From: Gemmatimonadota bacterium
GTDB lineage: Bacteria; Gemmatimonadota; Gemmatimonadetes; Gemmatimonadales; JACORV01
Direction: 5' to 3'
Length of the DNA stretch: 64,000 nucleotides
Assembly (NCBI GenBank): GCA_041476105.1
Contig: JBGOSS010000001.1
Span: 16,297 to 80,296 of the forward strand
Under the pieces are notes generated by a model. The model was given only the letters and a program-made list of their open reading frames with translations, was not told the origin of the DNA and did not search any database. Positions 7,591 to 16,281 of this stretch are shown piece by piece. The translations under genes and the position numbers were made by a program. Each line of letters starts with the position of its first letter. Positions within the stretch are counted from its first letter, which is position 1.

Positions 7591-8852
7591 CGGCGCCTGC
7601 GCAGCCACTGGACCGGGTCGAGGGACTGCCCTCCGTCGCCGCGGATCTCGAAATGGAGGTGGGGGCCCTCGTCGGAGTTGGCGCCGCCGGTGCGTCCGAC
7701 GATGGTGCCCCGCTCGATCTGCTGGTGCTCGCGGACGTCGGCGGACTGGAGCTGGCAGTAGAGGCTGTAGAAGCCGGCGTTGTGATCGACGATCACGCAC
7801 AGGCCGTAGGTGCCGGCCTGCGTGATCAGCTGGACCGTCCCCGCGGCGACCGCCTTCACCGGCGAGCCGACCGGCGCGGTAATGCCGATGCCGTTCCAGC
7901 GGATCGTGGTGCTTCCCGGCCCGGCCGCGCGGCCGAAACTGTAGACGATGTCGCCGTCCACCGGCCAGTCGAGCTGGCCCAGGTCGGCGGTCCGCAGGCG
8001 CGCCGCCGCGGCCGTCCCCGCCCGGCCGGGCGCCGCCCGCGCGGCGGCCGCTTCGGCCGCGCGCCGGCGACGCTCCAGTCCCGCGATGAGGTCGTTGAGC
8101 CGCGCCTCGTCGCGCGCCAGCTGCTGGAGGCGCTGCTCGACCCGCTGCTGCTCCCGCTGCGAGTCGCGCAGGCTCTGCTGGCGCTGGGTCTCGAGATCCT
8201 GGAGCCGCTGCGTTTCCTCGGCGCGCTCGTCGCGGCGGTTGGCCAGCGTGCTGCGCAGGTTGAGGAGGCCGTCGCGCCGGGACGCCACGGTGTCGCGCAG
8301 CGCCTCGACGTCGGCCAGGAGCTGCCGGTCCTGGCGGCTCAGCAAGTAGAGGTACTTGTAGCGCGACAGCAGGTCCCCGAACGACTCGGCGGCCAGCAGG
8401 ACCTGGAAGGTGTAGAGGGGGCCGCGCTTGGTGATCTCGGTCAGCCGGTGGTGGAGCTTGGCGCGCTGCTCCGCCAGGCCGTCTTCGGCGACGATGAGGT
8501 CGGTCGTGGTGGTGTCGATCCGCGAGCCCATCCGCGTCACCTGGAGGTCCAGCTCGCTCACGGCGCGCCCCGAGAGCTGCACCTGCCGCTCGATGTTGTT
8601 CAGCTCGCTCGAGAGGGAGTGCACCCGGCCGCGCAGCCGGTCCATGTCGTCCTGGAGCCGCTGCCGCTCGCGGCGGATCTCGGCGAGGCGTTCCTGGCTG
8701 CGGGAGAGGGCGGTGTCGGGCGTCTGCGCAAGCAGTGGGGCGGCGGGACCGGGGGACAGGGGGACGGACACGGCCAGGGCGCAGAAAGCTCGAAGGACGG
8801 TGGCCCTCACCGTCCCCCGGTCCCCCCGTCCCCCCGTCCCCCGCTCACACAT
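7587..8852 (-). CDS. envC: Murein hydrolase activator EnvC-like (coiled coil + M23 domain)
   Basis: Long coiled coil, WPVDG, WNGIGI, HLHFEIR; degenerate first M23 zinc motif; follows ftsEX. Confidence 0.85.
   Translation of the reverse strand: MCERGTGGRGDRGTVRATVLRAFCALAVSVPLSPGPAAPLLAQTPDTALSRSQERLAEIRRERQRLQDDMDRLRGRVHSLSSELNNIERQVQLSGRAVSELDLQVTRMGSRIDTTTTDLIVAEDGLAEQRAKLHHRLTEITKRGPLYTFQVLLAAESFGDLLSRYKYLYLLSRQDRQLLADVEALRDTVASRRDGLLNLRSTLANRRDERAEETQRLQDLETQRQQSLRDSQREQQRVEQRLQQLARDEARLNDLIAGLERRRRAAEAAAARAAPGRAGTAAAARLRTADLGQLDWPVDGDIVYSFGRAAGPGSTTIRWNGIGITAPVGSPVKAVAAGTVQLITQAGTYGLCVIVDHNAGFYSLYCQLQSADVREHQQIERGTIVGRTGGANSDEGPHLHFEIRGDGGQSLDPVQWLRRRR
8745..8843. repeat. Inverted pair of octamer arrays (GGGGGACN / NGTCCCCC) in the envC signal-peptide region
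   Basis: G-rich arm 8745-8767, C-rich arm 8811-8843. Confidence 0.8.
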
Positions 8853-9708
8853 TCCGCAGGTGCCGTCCCACGCTGACCATGCTGCCGAGGAACCCGATCA
8901 CGCCGCCGGCGGCGATGCCGAAGAGCGCCTGGCCGGAGGTGAAGAAGGTCGCGCGGAACTCGAGGTTCGTTTCGACCAGCGCATAGGCGCCCCAGGCGAG
9001 CGCCAGCGCCGCGATGCCGCCGATCACGCCCTTGAGCAACCCCTCGAGCAGGAACGGCAGGCGGATGAAGCCGTCGGTCGCGCCGACCAGCCGCATGATG
9101 GCGATCTCGTTGCTGCGCTGAAGGACGGCCATCCGGATAGTGGTGCCGATGATGATCACGGCGACCAGGGCGAACGCGGCACCGATGACGAAGCCCACCG
9201 CCCCCGCGATGTTGCGCAGGCGATCCAGCTTTTCGACCCAGTCGCGGCCGAACCGGACGTCGTCCACGAAGGGAAAGCCCTTGTGCAGCATCTCGGCGAC
9301 CGTCGCCGCGCTCTCGGCGTTGCGGTACGCCGGCTTGAGCCGGATCTCCAGCGAGGCGGGAAGCGGATTGGCCTCGAGATCCTGGAAGATGTCCTGGAAC
9401 TCGCGCAGCTCGCGGCGGGCGCGGGCCAGCGCCTGGGCCTCGGTGACGTGCTCGACCGTGGCGACCTGGGGAATCGCCTCGATGTCGGCCATCGCCATCG
9501 TCAGCGTCTCCAGGCTGGTGCCGCGCTTCAGGTAGGCGACGATCTCCACCCGCTCGGCGACGTCGCCCATGGTGCGCTGGAGGTTGATGGCCACCAGGCC
9601 GAAGAGCCCGAAGACGAACAGCGAGAACGCGATAGTCGTGATCGACAGCGCCGAAAGGAGCGGCGCGCGCCGGAAGGCGTTGAGCGTCTCGCGCAGAACC
9701 AGGCTCAT
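8845..9708 (-). CDS. ftsX: Cell division permease FtsX
   Basis: 4 TM helices, NPLPASLEI, EIAIMRLVGATDGFIRLPFLLEG. Confidence 0.95.
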   Translation of the reverse strand: MSLVLRETLNAFRRAPLLSALSITTIAFSLFVFGLFGLVAINLQRTMGDVAERVEIVAYLKRGTSLETLTMAMADIEAIPQVATVEHVTEAQALARARRELREFQDIFQDLEANPLPASLEIRLKPAYRNAESAATVAEMLHKGFPFVDDVRFGRDWVEKLDRLRNIAGAVGFVIGAAFALVAVIIIGTTIRMAVLQRSNEIAIMRLVGATDGFIRLPFLLEGLLKGVIGGIAALALAWGAYALVETNLEFRATFFTSGQALFGIAAGGVIGFLGSMVSVGRHLRNV

Positions 9709-10403
9709 GACGCGGCGTGCTCCGCGCCGTCCGCCTCGTCGGCCGAATCGAAGACCACGCGGCCGTGCTGGAGCTCGATGAGGTGCGCGCCGGCGAGACT
9801 CTTCACCAGGTCCAGGTCGTGCGTCGCCATCAGGACCGCCGTGCCCGAGGCGTTGATGTCGCGCAGCAGCTGGAAGACGCCGCGGGTGGCCCGCTCGTCG
9901 AGGTTGCCGGTGGGCTCGTCCGCCAGCAGCACCAGCGGATCGTTGACCAGGGCCCGGGCGATCGCGACTCGCTGCTGCTCGCCGCCCGAGAGCTCGCGCG
10001 GGTACTGCGCGGCCTTCCCCGCGAGCCCCACCTGCGTGAGCACCCGGCTCACCCGGGGGCCGATCGTCGAGCGGCGCGTGCCGGTCACCTCGAGGGCGAA
10101 GGCGACGTTCTCCTCGGCGGTGCGGTCCTCCAGCAACCGGAAATCCTGGAAGATGATGCCCAGGCGGCGGCGCAGGAGCGGCACCTCGCGGCCGGTGACC
10201 CGCGAGGCGGAGAAGCCCGATACGCGGACCTCCCCGGTGGTGGGCCGGTCGGCGAGATAGGTCATCCTGAGGGCGGTGGACTTGCCGGCGCCGCTGTGGC
10301 CGGTGAGGAAGGCGAACTCGCCTTTCCGGACGTGGAACGAGACGCTCTGGAGTGCCGCGCCGGTCTTGGGGTAGTCCTTCGTGACGTCGGTGAACTTGAT
10401 CAC
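9705..10403 (-). CDS. ftsE: Cell division ATP-binding protein FtsE
   Basis: GHSGAGKST, IFQDFRLL, LSGGEQQRV, LADEPTGNLD; upstream of ftsX. Confidence 0.95.
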   Translation of the reverse strand: MIKFTDVTKDYPKTGAALQSVSFHVRKGEFAFLTGHSGAGKSTALRMTYLADRPTTGEVRVSGFSASRVTGREVPLLRRRLGIIFQDFRLLEDRTAEENVAFALEVTGTRRSTIGPRVSRVLTQVGLAGKAAQYPRELSGGEQQRVAIARALVNDPLVLLADEPTGNLDERATRGVFQLLRDINASGTAVLMATHDLDLVKSLAGAHLIELQHGRVVFDSADEADGAEHAAS

Positions 10404-10413
10404 GAGGGTGAAT

Positions 10414-11574
10414 CTAGGACGCCGCCAAGCCCCGCGCCAAATCGGCGATGAGGTCCTCGGGATCCTCGAGCCCGAGCGACAGGCGGAGGAATCCGTCGGG
10501 GATCCCGGCCGCGGCGCGCTGCTCGGCGGTCATCGCGGCGTGCGAGGTGTACCGCGGCTCCGAGACCAGACTCTCGACGCCGCCCAGGCTGGGCGCGTGG
10601 CTGATCAGGCGCAGGGCCTTGAGGCAACGCTCCGCGGCGCGCGGGCCGCCGGCCAGCTCCATGCCGACCATGCCCCCGAAGCCGTCGAGCGTGCGCGCGG
10701 CGAGCGCGTGGTCGGGGTGCGAATCCAGCCCGGGGTACTGCACCCGCTTGACCTTGGGCTGGGTCTCGAGCCAGCGCGCCACCGTGTCCCCGGTCCGGTT
10801 GTGGCGCTCGATGCGCACCGCCAGCGTCTTCATGCCCCGCTCGATCAGCCAGGCGCAGTGGGGGTCGAGCGCCTGGCCCCAGATCCGCATCCGGTTGCGG
10901 ACCTCGTCGACGAAGACGCCGGTCCCCGCGACCGCCCCCGCGATCACGTCGCTGTGGCCGTTCAGATACTTGGTGACCGAGTGGATCACCACGTCGGCGC
11001 CGTGCTCGAGGGGCCGGTAGTTGATCGGCGACGCGAAGGTGCTGTCTACCAGGAGCGGGATCCCGCGCTCCTTGGTGAGCACGCTGAGCCAGTCGAGGTC
11101 GAGAACCCGCATCACCGGGTTGGTGGGCGACTCGACGAAGATCGCGCGGGTGTTCTTGCGCAGCTTGGAGCGCCAGTCGCGCCGCCGGTCGGGGTTGATG
11201 AACGACACCTCGATGCCGAGCTGGTTGAAGTCCTCGGTGAACAGCTTCCGGGTGCCGCCGTAGATCCATTCGCTGGCCAGCAGGTGGTCGCCGGGGCGCA
11301 GCACGGCGAGGTGCGCCAGCGCCGTGGCCCCCATGCCGCTCGCGACGAAGATCGCCGCTTCGGCCCCCTCGAGCCGCGACAGGCGCTCGGCGAGGCGCAG
11401 CTGGTTGGGGTTGTTGCCGTAGCGGGTGTAGAGCACGTCCTCGTCGCCGGGACCCGGGGCGCGGACGAAGGTGCTGCTCTGGTGGATCGGCGGGGCGATG
11501 CCGTCGCCGGGGTTGTGCGAAGGGCCGTCGCCGTGGATCGCGGCGGTCGAAGGTCCGAAGTGCTTCCTGCGCAT
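10414..11574 (-). CDS. PLP-dependent trans-sulfuration enzyme (cystathionine/methionine gamma-lyase family)
   Basis: YTRYGNNP, ASGMGA, ESPTNP, DSTFASP, HSVTKYLNGHSD, SLGGVESL. Confidence 0.9.
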   Translation of the reverse strand: MRRKHFGPSTAAIHGDGPSHNPGDGIAPPIHQSSTFVRAPGPGDEDVLYTRYGNNPNQLRLAERLSRLEGAEAAIFVASGMGATALAHLAVLRPGDHLLASEWIYGGTRKLFTEDFNQLGIEVSFINPDRRRDWRSKLRKNTRAIFVESPTNPVMRVLDLDWLSVLTKERGIPLLVDSTFASPINYRPLEHGADVVIHSVTKYLNGHSDVIAGAVAGTGVFVDEVRNRMRIWGQALDPHCAWLIERGMKTLAVRIERHNRTGDTVARWLETQPKVKRVQYPGLDSHPDHALAARTLDGFGGMVGMELAGGPRAAERCLKALRLISHAPSLGGVESLVSEPRYTSHAAMTAEQRAAAGIPDGFLRLSLGLEDPEDLIADLARGLAAS

Positions 11575-11586
11575 GGAGGAGTTTCG

Positions 11587-12135
11587 CTAGGCCGCGGTGT
11601 GGGGCGCCAGGTAGAGGCCGTCGTCGTGCATCACCAGGCGCCGTCCGGCGAGGTCGTCAAGCACGGTGCGCGCCACCTCCACCGTCCAGGCCAGGGCGTC
11701 GGCCAGCTCGCGGGCGTCGGTGCGTCCCCGCGCCGCCAGCAAGCCGAACGCGGCGCGCGCATCGTCGGCCACCTCGCCCACCAGCCTCAGCCGCCCCGCC
11801 GTCTCGGCCACCAGCGCGAGGCGCTGGGGGCGCAGCACATGGTCGATGTCGTTGATCTGGTCGTCGTCGAGGCCGCGGATCAGGAAGAACGCGTCGAGCT
11901 GGAGCTCGGAGCCGAAGGAGGCCTGCACCAGCTTGGCGACGATCTCGTCGGCGCAGGAGCAGTCGATGATGCGGACGTCGGAGAAATCGAGGACCACCAC
12001 GGTGCGGCCGGAGAGGCGGCCCAGCTCCAGCTCGATCGAAGTGCGGACGGCGCGCCCCGTGGGTCGGGTGACGAGGTCCGGGCGGCCGTGGCCGAGCTGG
12101 ACGAGCACTTCCCGGACGTCGATTTGCGTGATCAC
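11587..12135 (-). CDS. STAS-like (DUF4325-type) domain fused to a winged HTH
   Basis: LVTRPTGRAVR, VLDFSDVRIIDCSCADEIV; C-terminal DARELADALAWTVEVARTVLDDLAGRRLV; GTG overlaps upstream TGA. Confidence 0.7.
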   Translation of the reverse strand: MITQIDVREVLVQLGHGRPDLVTRPTGRAVRTSIELELGRLSGRTVVVLDFSDVRIIDCSCADEIVAKLVQASFGSELQLDAFFLIRGLDDDQINDIDHVLRPQRLALVAETAGRLRLVGEVADDARAAFGLLAARGRTDARELADALAWTVEVARTVLDDLAGRRLVMHDDGLYLAPHTAA

Positions 12136-13028
12136 TTCGCTTGCTCTGCCTCCGCTGGTATCACGAGCTGGACCTGGGCGCCGGGAAAGGGCGCCAGGTT
12201 TTCGACCAAGGGCGTGTCGTCGTCCCACGGCGGCACGATCGCGATGCGGGCGGTGCCGCTGCGGATGCTCAGCTTGCCCTGCCAGCGCCCCAGGTAGCGG
12301 CGGATCCCCGCCAGGCCCTGGCCGCGCCCCGGATCGCGGAACCGGCTCACGCTCTGGAGCAGCGCCGCCTCGAGCGCGGCCCCGTCACCCCATCGCTCGC
12401 CGAAGCGTTTGGCCTGGGTCGGCTCGAGCGTATGGCGGAACCCGACGCCGGCGTCCGCCACCGCGATCACCACGACACGCTTTCCGAGTTTGCGCCAGTT
12501 GTAGGAATGCACAGCCACCCAGCCGCCGGTTCCGGCGTGCTCCACAATATTCTGACACGCTTCGGAAAGCGCCATACCGAAACCCATTGTCGCCTTCGGG
12601 TCGAGGCCCAGTTCGCTGGTCAGGATCTCCGCGGACTTGTCCTGAATGTGATGCACGACACTATGGACGTCCTCGGCCTGCCGGACTGGCGTGACTTCGA
12701 GCAGCACCTTCGACTCGCCCGCCTTCACGCGTGGCACCGAGCCGTGCAGCTCGAAGATCTCGGCCGCGTGCGTGAAGAACCCCATGCGGGCCCAGAAGTG
12801 CGCCACGTTGCGGTCGCCCGGGACGGTGAAGAGGGCCGGGTGCCCGTCGCGTTCCCGGAGGGCCTGGCCGGCGGCGAGGAGGGTGGTGAGGCCGTAGGGC
12901 GAGATCCACTCGGTGGCGTGCGCGTCCACGATCACCTTCGCCGCGCCGGCGCTCGCCGCGTAGCCGGCGGCGACCAGGTCGAAGCTGCTCTCGTCCAGCC
13001 GCTGGGGGACTTCGATGATGGCGCTCAC
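12132..13028 (-). CDS. STAS-like domain + GHKL (HATPase_c, RsbW-like) ATPase/kinase
   Basis: N-box LSEACQNIVEHA, G1 AVADAGVGF, G2 GRGQGL, G3 FPGAQVQL; start GTG 13028 or TTG 13034. Confidence 0.8.
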   Translation of the reverse strand: MSAIIEVPQRLDESSFDLVAAGYAASAGAAKVIVDAHATEWISPYGLTTLLAAGQALRERDGHPALFTVPGDRNVAHFWARMGFFTHAAEIFELHGSVPRVKAGESKVLLEVTPVRQAEDVHSVVHHIQDKSAEILTSELGLDPKATMGFGMALSEACQNIVEHAGTGGWVAVHSYNWRKLGKRVVVIAVADAGVGFRHTLEPTQAKRFGERWGDGAALEAALLQSVSRFRDPGRGQGLAGIRRYLGRWQGKLSIRSGTARIAIVPPWDDDTPLVENLAPFPGAQVQLVIPAEAEQAK

Positions 13029-13035
13029 GCGCAAC

Positions 13036-13122
13036 CTGTCGACTGGCGGCCGTCGACTGTCAACTGTCGACTGTCGACTGTCAACTGTCGACTGTCAACT
13101 GTCGACGGTCGACAGTCGACAG
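13036..13122. repeat. About 12 tandem heptamers, consensus CTGTCRA (self-complementary GTCGAC core)
   Basis: Units counted directly; the PfkB C-terminus and stop lie inside the array. Confidence 0.92.
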
Positions 13123-14076
13123 CTGCCCGCGCAGGTGCCGCTGGAGCCCGCTGGCACCGCGATAACTCACATTCCGGCGCGCCATGTGGTTGGCCGCGGC
13201 GATGGCCGGCTCGAGCGCGATGCCGCCCAGGAGCGACGCGACCAGCGTGGCGCCGAAGACGTCGCCGCATCCGGTCGGGTCGCCCTCCACGCTCCCTCCT
13301 TCGGGCGCGATCAGGGCCGTTCTCACGATGGCCGCGCCGGCGCCGCGCTCCGGCCTCGGGCCCCCGGCCCACGACAGGTCGCTGAAGTCACCCGCCGATA
13401 CGTAGACCGCGCCGCGCGGCCCCAGCGTGACGCAGACCACGCTGGTGCCGTTGATAAGCGCGCGGGCGGCGAGGCCGAGCGGTTCCGGGCCGAGCTGGTT
13501 CATCTCGTCCTCGTTGACCTGGGCCACGTCGAAGGCGGTGAGCCAGCCGAGCGCTTCGTCGACGGGCCGGTAGTAGCGGGTGCCGTCGGCGTGGCGGCCC
13601 AGCGCCAGGGAGTGGATGTCGCCGTAAACCGGTCCGGGGAAGGCGTGCCGGAGCGCGCGCATCGTCGCCAGGTCGGTCTCGAATCCGGTGATGAAGTTGG
13701 CGTACACCGCGTCGAGTCCGAGGACCATCGGGCCCAGTTCTTCCCAGGTCCAGGGCGGCACGCCGCCGCTCAGGCCCTCGCAGCGGCGCCCGTCCTCGCC
13801 GTAGAAGAGGCGCACGCGGGGATTGGGTTCCGGCACCTCGATGAAGCGGCCGCCCGGCACGATGCACGACAGGTCCCGGAGAAACTCCGCGGCCCGGGGC
13901 GCGAAATCCCGCCCCACCTTGACGAGCGGCACCACGCGCCAGTCCGGGCTCAGCGCGGCGTCGAGCGCCGCCAGGGAGTAGCCCACGCCGCCCCACTCCT
14001 CGTCGGTCCGCTGGAGCGCGTCACGGTTTTCGATCGTGTCCCAGATCATGGTGCCCAGGACGCCCAGCTGTTTCAG
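13081..14076 (-). CDS. PfkB-family carbohydrate kinase
   Basis: LGVLGTMIWD, WGGVGY, QVNEDE, VTLGPRGA, DPTGCGDVFGA; probable CTG start overlapping the ROK stop. Confidence 0.82.
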   Translation of the reverse strand: MKQLGVLGTMIWDTIENRDALQRTDEEWGGVGYSLAALDAALSPDWRVVPLVKVGRDFAPRAAEFLRDLSCIVPGGRFIEVPEPNPRVRLFYGEDGRRCEGLSGGVPPWTWEELGPMVLGLDAVYANFITGFETDLATMRALRHAFPGPVYGDIHSLALGRHADGTRYYRPVDEALGWLTAFDVAQVNEDEMNQLGPEPLGLAARALINGTSVVCVTLGPRGAVYVSAGDFSDLSWAGGPRPERGAGAAIVRTALIAPEGGSVEGDPTGCGDVFGATLVASLLGGIALEPAIAAANHMARRNVSYRGASGLQRHLRGQLSTVDRRQLTVDS

Positions 14077-15056
14077 GCCGGCCCCCAGGTCTGCGCGCGG
14101 AAGGTGGCCGCGGCCCCCACCACGCCCGCGGTCCCGGGAAGCTCGCCGGGCAGGATGCGGCACCGCTCCACCGCCGGCTTGAAGGCCCGGCGGCTGACTT
14201 CGGCGCGTAGCGGCGTGAACAGCCGGTCGCCGGCCAGCGTGACGCCGCCGAGGATGACGACGGTGTCGGGGTTGAAGATGTTGATCAGGTTCGCGACCCC
14301 CGCGCCCAGGAACTTCGCGGTCTCGCGCACCACCTCGTTGGCGTAGTCGTCGCCGTCGTGCGCGGCTTCGTAGACCGTTTGCGCGGTGATCCGCGTGAGG
14401 TCGCCGCCGGTGTAGGTGGGCAGCTTCGACTCGGCGCCCGCCTCGATGCCCTCGACGGCGCGGGCGGCGATCGCCGGTCCCGACGCGTACGCCTCGATGC
14501 AGCCGTAGTTGCCGCACTTGCAGCGGCGCCCGGTGGAGTCGATGGTGGTGTGGCCGATCTCGCCGGCGGCGTCGCTCGCGCCATGGTAGATGCGCCCGTC
14601 GATCACGATCCCGCCGCCGATTCCCGTGCCGATGGTGAGGCCGACCAGGTAGCGCGACCCGCGGCCGGCGCCCATCCACCACTCGCCGAAGACGGCGCAG
14701 TTGGCGTCGTTGTCGAGCGTCGCCGGCAGGCCGAGGGCGTCGCTCACGCGCTGGCGCAGCGGGAAGTTGCGCCAGCCGAGGTTGGGCGTGATGAGGACCA
14801 GGCCCTTCTCCCGGTCGAGGGGACCCGGCGACCCGATGCCGACGCCGGCGATGGCGCCCTGCGCCACGGCGCCGGAAGCCTCCGCTTCGGCCATCGACTC
14901 GCGGCACAGCTGGGCGATGCGCGCGACCACGGCGTCGGCGCCCTCTTCGGGGCGGGTGGCGTCGCTGCGCACGCCGAGGACCTGCGAGGCATTCTCGGCG
15001 ACCGTCCCCACCACGATGTTGGTGCCGCCCAGGTCCACGCCCAGGATGTATCGCAT
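14073..15056 (-). CDS. ROK-family sugar kinase (glucokinase-like)
   Basis: GVDLGGT, GSPGP, DNDANCA, TIGTGIGGG, GEIGH, CKCGNYGCIEAYAS. Confidence 0.92.
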   Translation of the reverse strand: MRYILGVDLGGTNIVVGTVAENASQVLGVRSDATRPEEGADAVVARIAQLCRESMAEAEASGAVAQGAIAGVGIGSPGPLDREKGLVLITPNLGWRNFPLRQRVSDALGLPATLDNDANCAVFGEWWMGAGRGSRYLVGLTIGTGIGGGIVIDGRIYHGASDAAGEIGHTTIDSTGRRCKCGNYGCIEAYASGPAIAARAVEGIEAGAESKLPTYTGGDLTRITAQTVYEAAHDGDDYANEVVRETAKFLGAGVANLINIFNPDTVVILGGVTLAGDRLFTPLRAEVSRRAFKPAVERCRILPGELPGTAGVVGAAATFRAQTWGPA

Positions 15057-16243
15057 CAGCCCCGCCGCGCGCGCACGCGCACAATCTGGAGAATGGTCCG
15101 TACCTCGGCCAGCACACTCGCGATGGGCGTGTCCCGCATGCACTTGTGATGGATCAGCGGGCACACCACCGGCCCGTGATGCGAGCAGGGTCGGCACGCC
15201 AGCGGCTCGGGCTCCACGATGCGCGAGAGCTCGGGACGCGCGGCGAAGCCGAACTGCGGCACCGTCGGGCCGTAGATCTCCACCACCGGTGTGCCGACCG
15301 CGCTGGCCAGGTGCACCGGCGCGGAATCGTTGGACACCAGCAACTTGGCGCGGCGGATCAGCTCGCCGCTCTGGAGCAGCGTCAGGCGGGCGGTGCCGTC
15401 GGCGATGACCGCGTGGCCCAGCGTGGTGCGGATGGCGCGCGCGTCGGCCCGGTCGCCCGGGCCCCCGACGATCGCCAGGGGCGTATCGGCGGCGAGGGCG
15501 CGCGCCAGCTCGGGGTAGTACGGCCAGCGCTTCGTCGCCCAGGCGGAACCGGGCGCCAGCGCGATGAAGTCGCCGGTGATGCCGGACTCGCGCAGCAGCG
15601 CGTCCACCGCGTCGCGATCGCCCGCCGAAGGAAAAATCTCCGGCTCCCGCCGCTCCGGCGCGCCGTCGGCCAGCTTGAGGAGCCGCTCGATCTGGTGCGG
15701 CTCGCCGGCGTCCATGACGGCGTGGGTGTAGAGCCGGTGGCCAGCCGCGCCGCGGAACCCGATGCGGCGCGGACTCCCGGCGAGCCAGGCGAGCAGGGCG
15801 GAGCGCAGGCTGCCCTGGGCGAGGTAGACGGTGCCGTAGCGGCGGGCGCGCAGCTTCTTCGCCATCCTCCAGAAGCGGCCGATGCCCGCGTCGGCGCCCT
15901 GCTTGTCGAAAACGATGACCTCGCGGATGTGCGGGTTGTTGCGCAGGACGTTGGCTGCCGCGGGAATCACGACGACGTCCACCGGCGCGCCGAGACGCTC
16001 GGCGGCCCGGCGGATCAGGGGCGTGCTGAGGATCACGTCGCCGGGAAACGCGGTCTGGATGACGAGCCCGCGGTGCTGCGTCCGCGCCTGGCTGGCGCGC
16101 ACGGCGCGGGTGGCCGCCTCGATCTCGTCCTCGGGCGCGCTCACCGTGGCCACCGCGATGCTGCGCCGCGGCGGCGGCGCCGCCACGCCGCTGGGCCGCT
16201 TCGGGCTGCCGGGATCGCTCACTCGACCTTCAACAGCGTCCAT
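15056..16243 (-). CDS. GT9 LPS heptosyltransferase (WaaF-like)
   Basis: IQTAFPGDVILSTP, APGSAWATKRWP, NDSAPVHLASA, YGPT, CRPCSHHG; alternative GTG at 16222. Confidence 0.88.
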   Translation of the reverse strand: MDAVEGRVSDPGSPKRPSGVAAPPPRRSIAVATVSAPEDEIEAATRAVRASQARTQHRGLVIQTAFPGDVILSTPLIRRAAERLGAPVDVVVIPAAANVLRNNPHIREVIVFDKQGADAGIGRFWRMAKKLRARRYGTVYLAQGSLRSALLAWLAGSPRRIGFRGAAGHRLYTHAVMDAGEPHQIERLLKLADGAPERREPEIFPSAGDRDAVDALLRESGITGDFIALAPGSAWATKRWPYYPELARALAADTPLAIVGGPGDRADARAIRTTLGHAVIADGTARLTLLQSGELIRRAKLLVSNDSAPVHLASAVGTPVVEIYGPTVPQFGFAARPELSRIVEPEPLACRPCSHHGPVVCPLIHHKCMRDTPIASVLAEVRTILQIVRVRARRG

Positions 16244-16258
16244 CGCGCGGGGAATATA
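16220..16258 (-). pseudogene. Collapsed lepA remnant: -10 box + first 3 codons + last codons of lepA, fused in frame to the GT9 gene
   Basis: TATATT-N9-ATGGACGCT matches the lepA start (30403-30426); the following TGAAGGTCGAGT matches the lepA 3' end (28617-28628). Confidence 0.7.
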
Positions 16259-16281
16259 GCCGGTCCCGCGCTACCGGCCCC

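Noticed and set aside
13036-13122. Possible CRISPR array
   Set aside because: Contiguous 7-bp units without spacers; no cas genes
13081-15117. 678-aa ROK-PfkB fusion or frameshift product
   Set aside because: The upstream part is an off-frame reading of the ROK gene; two separate coupled genes explain it
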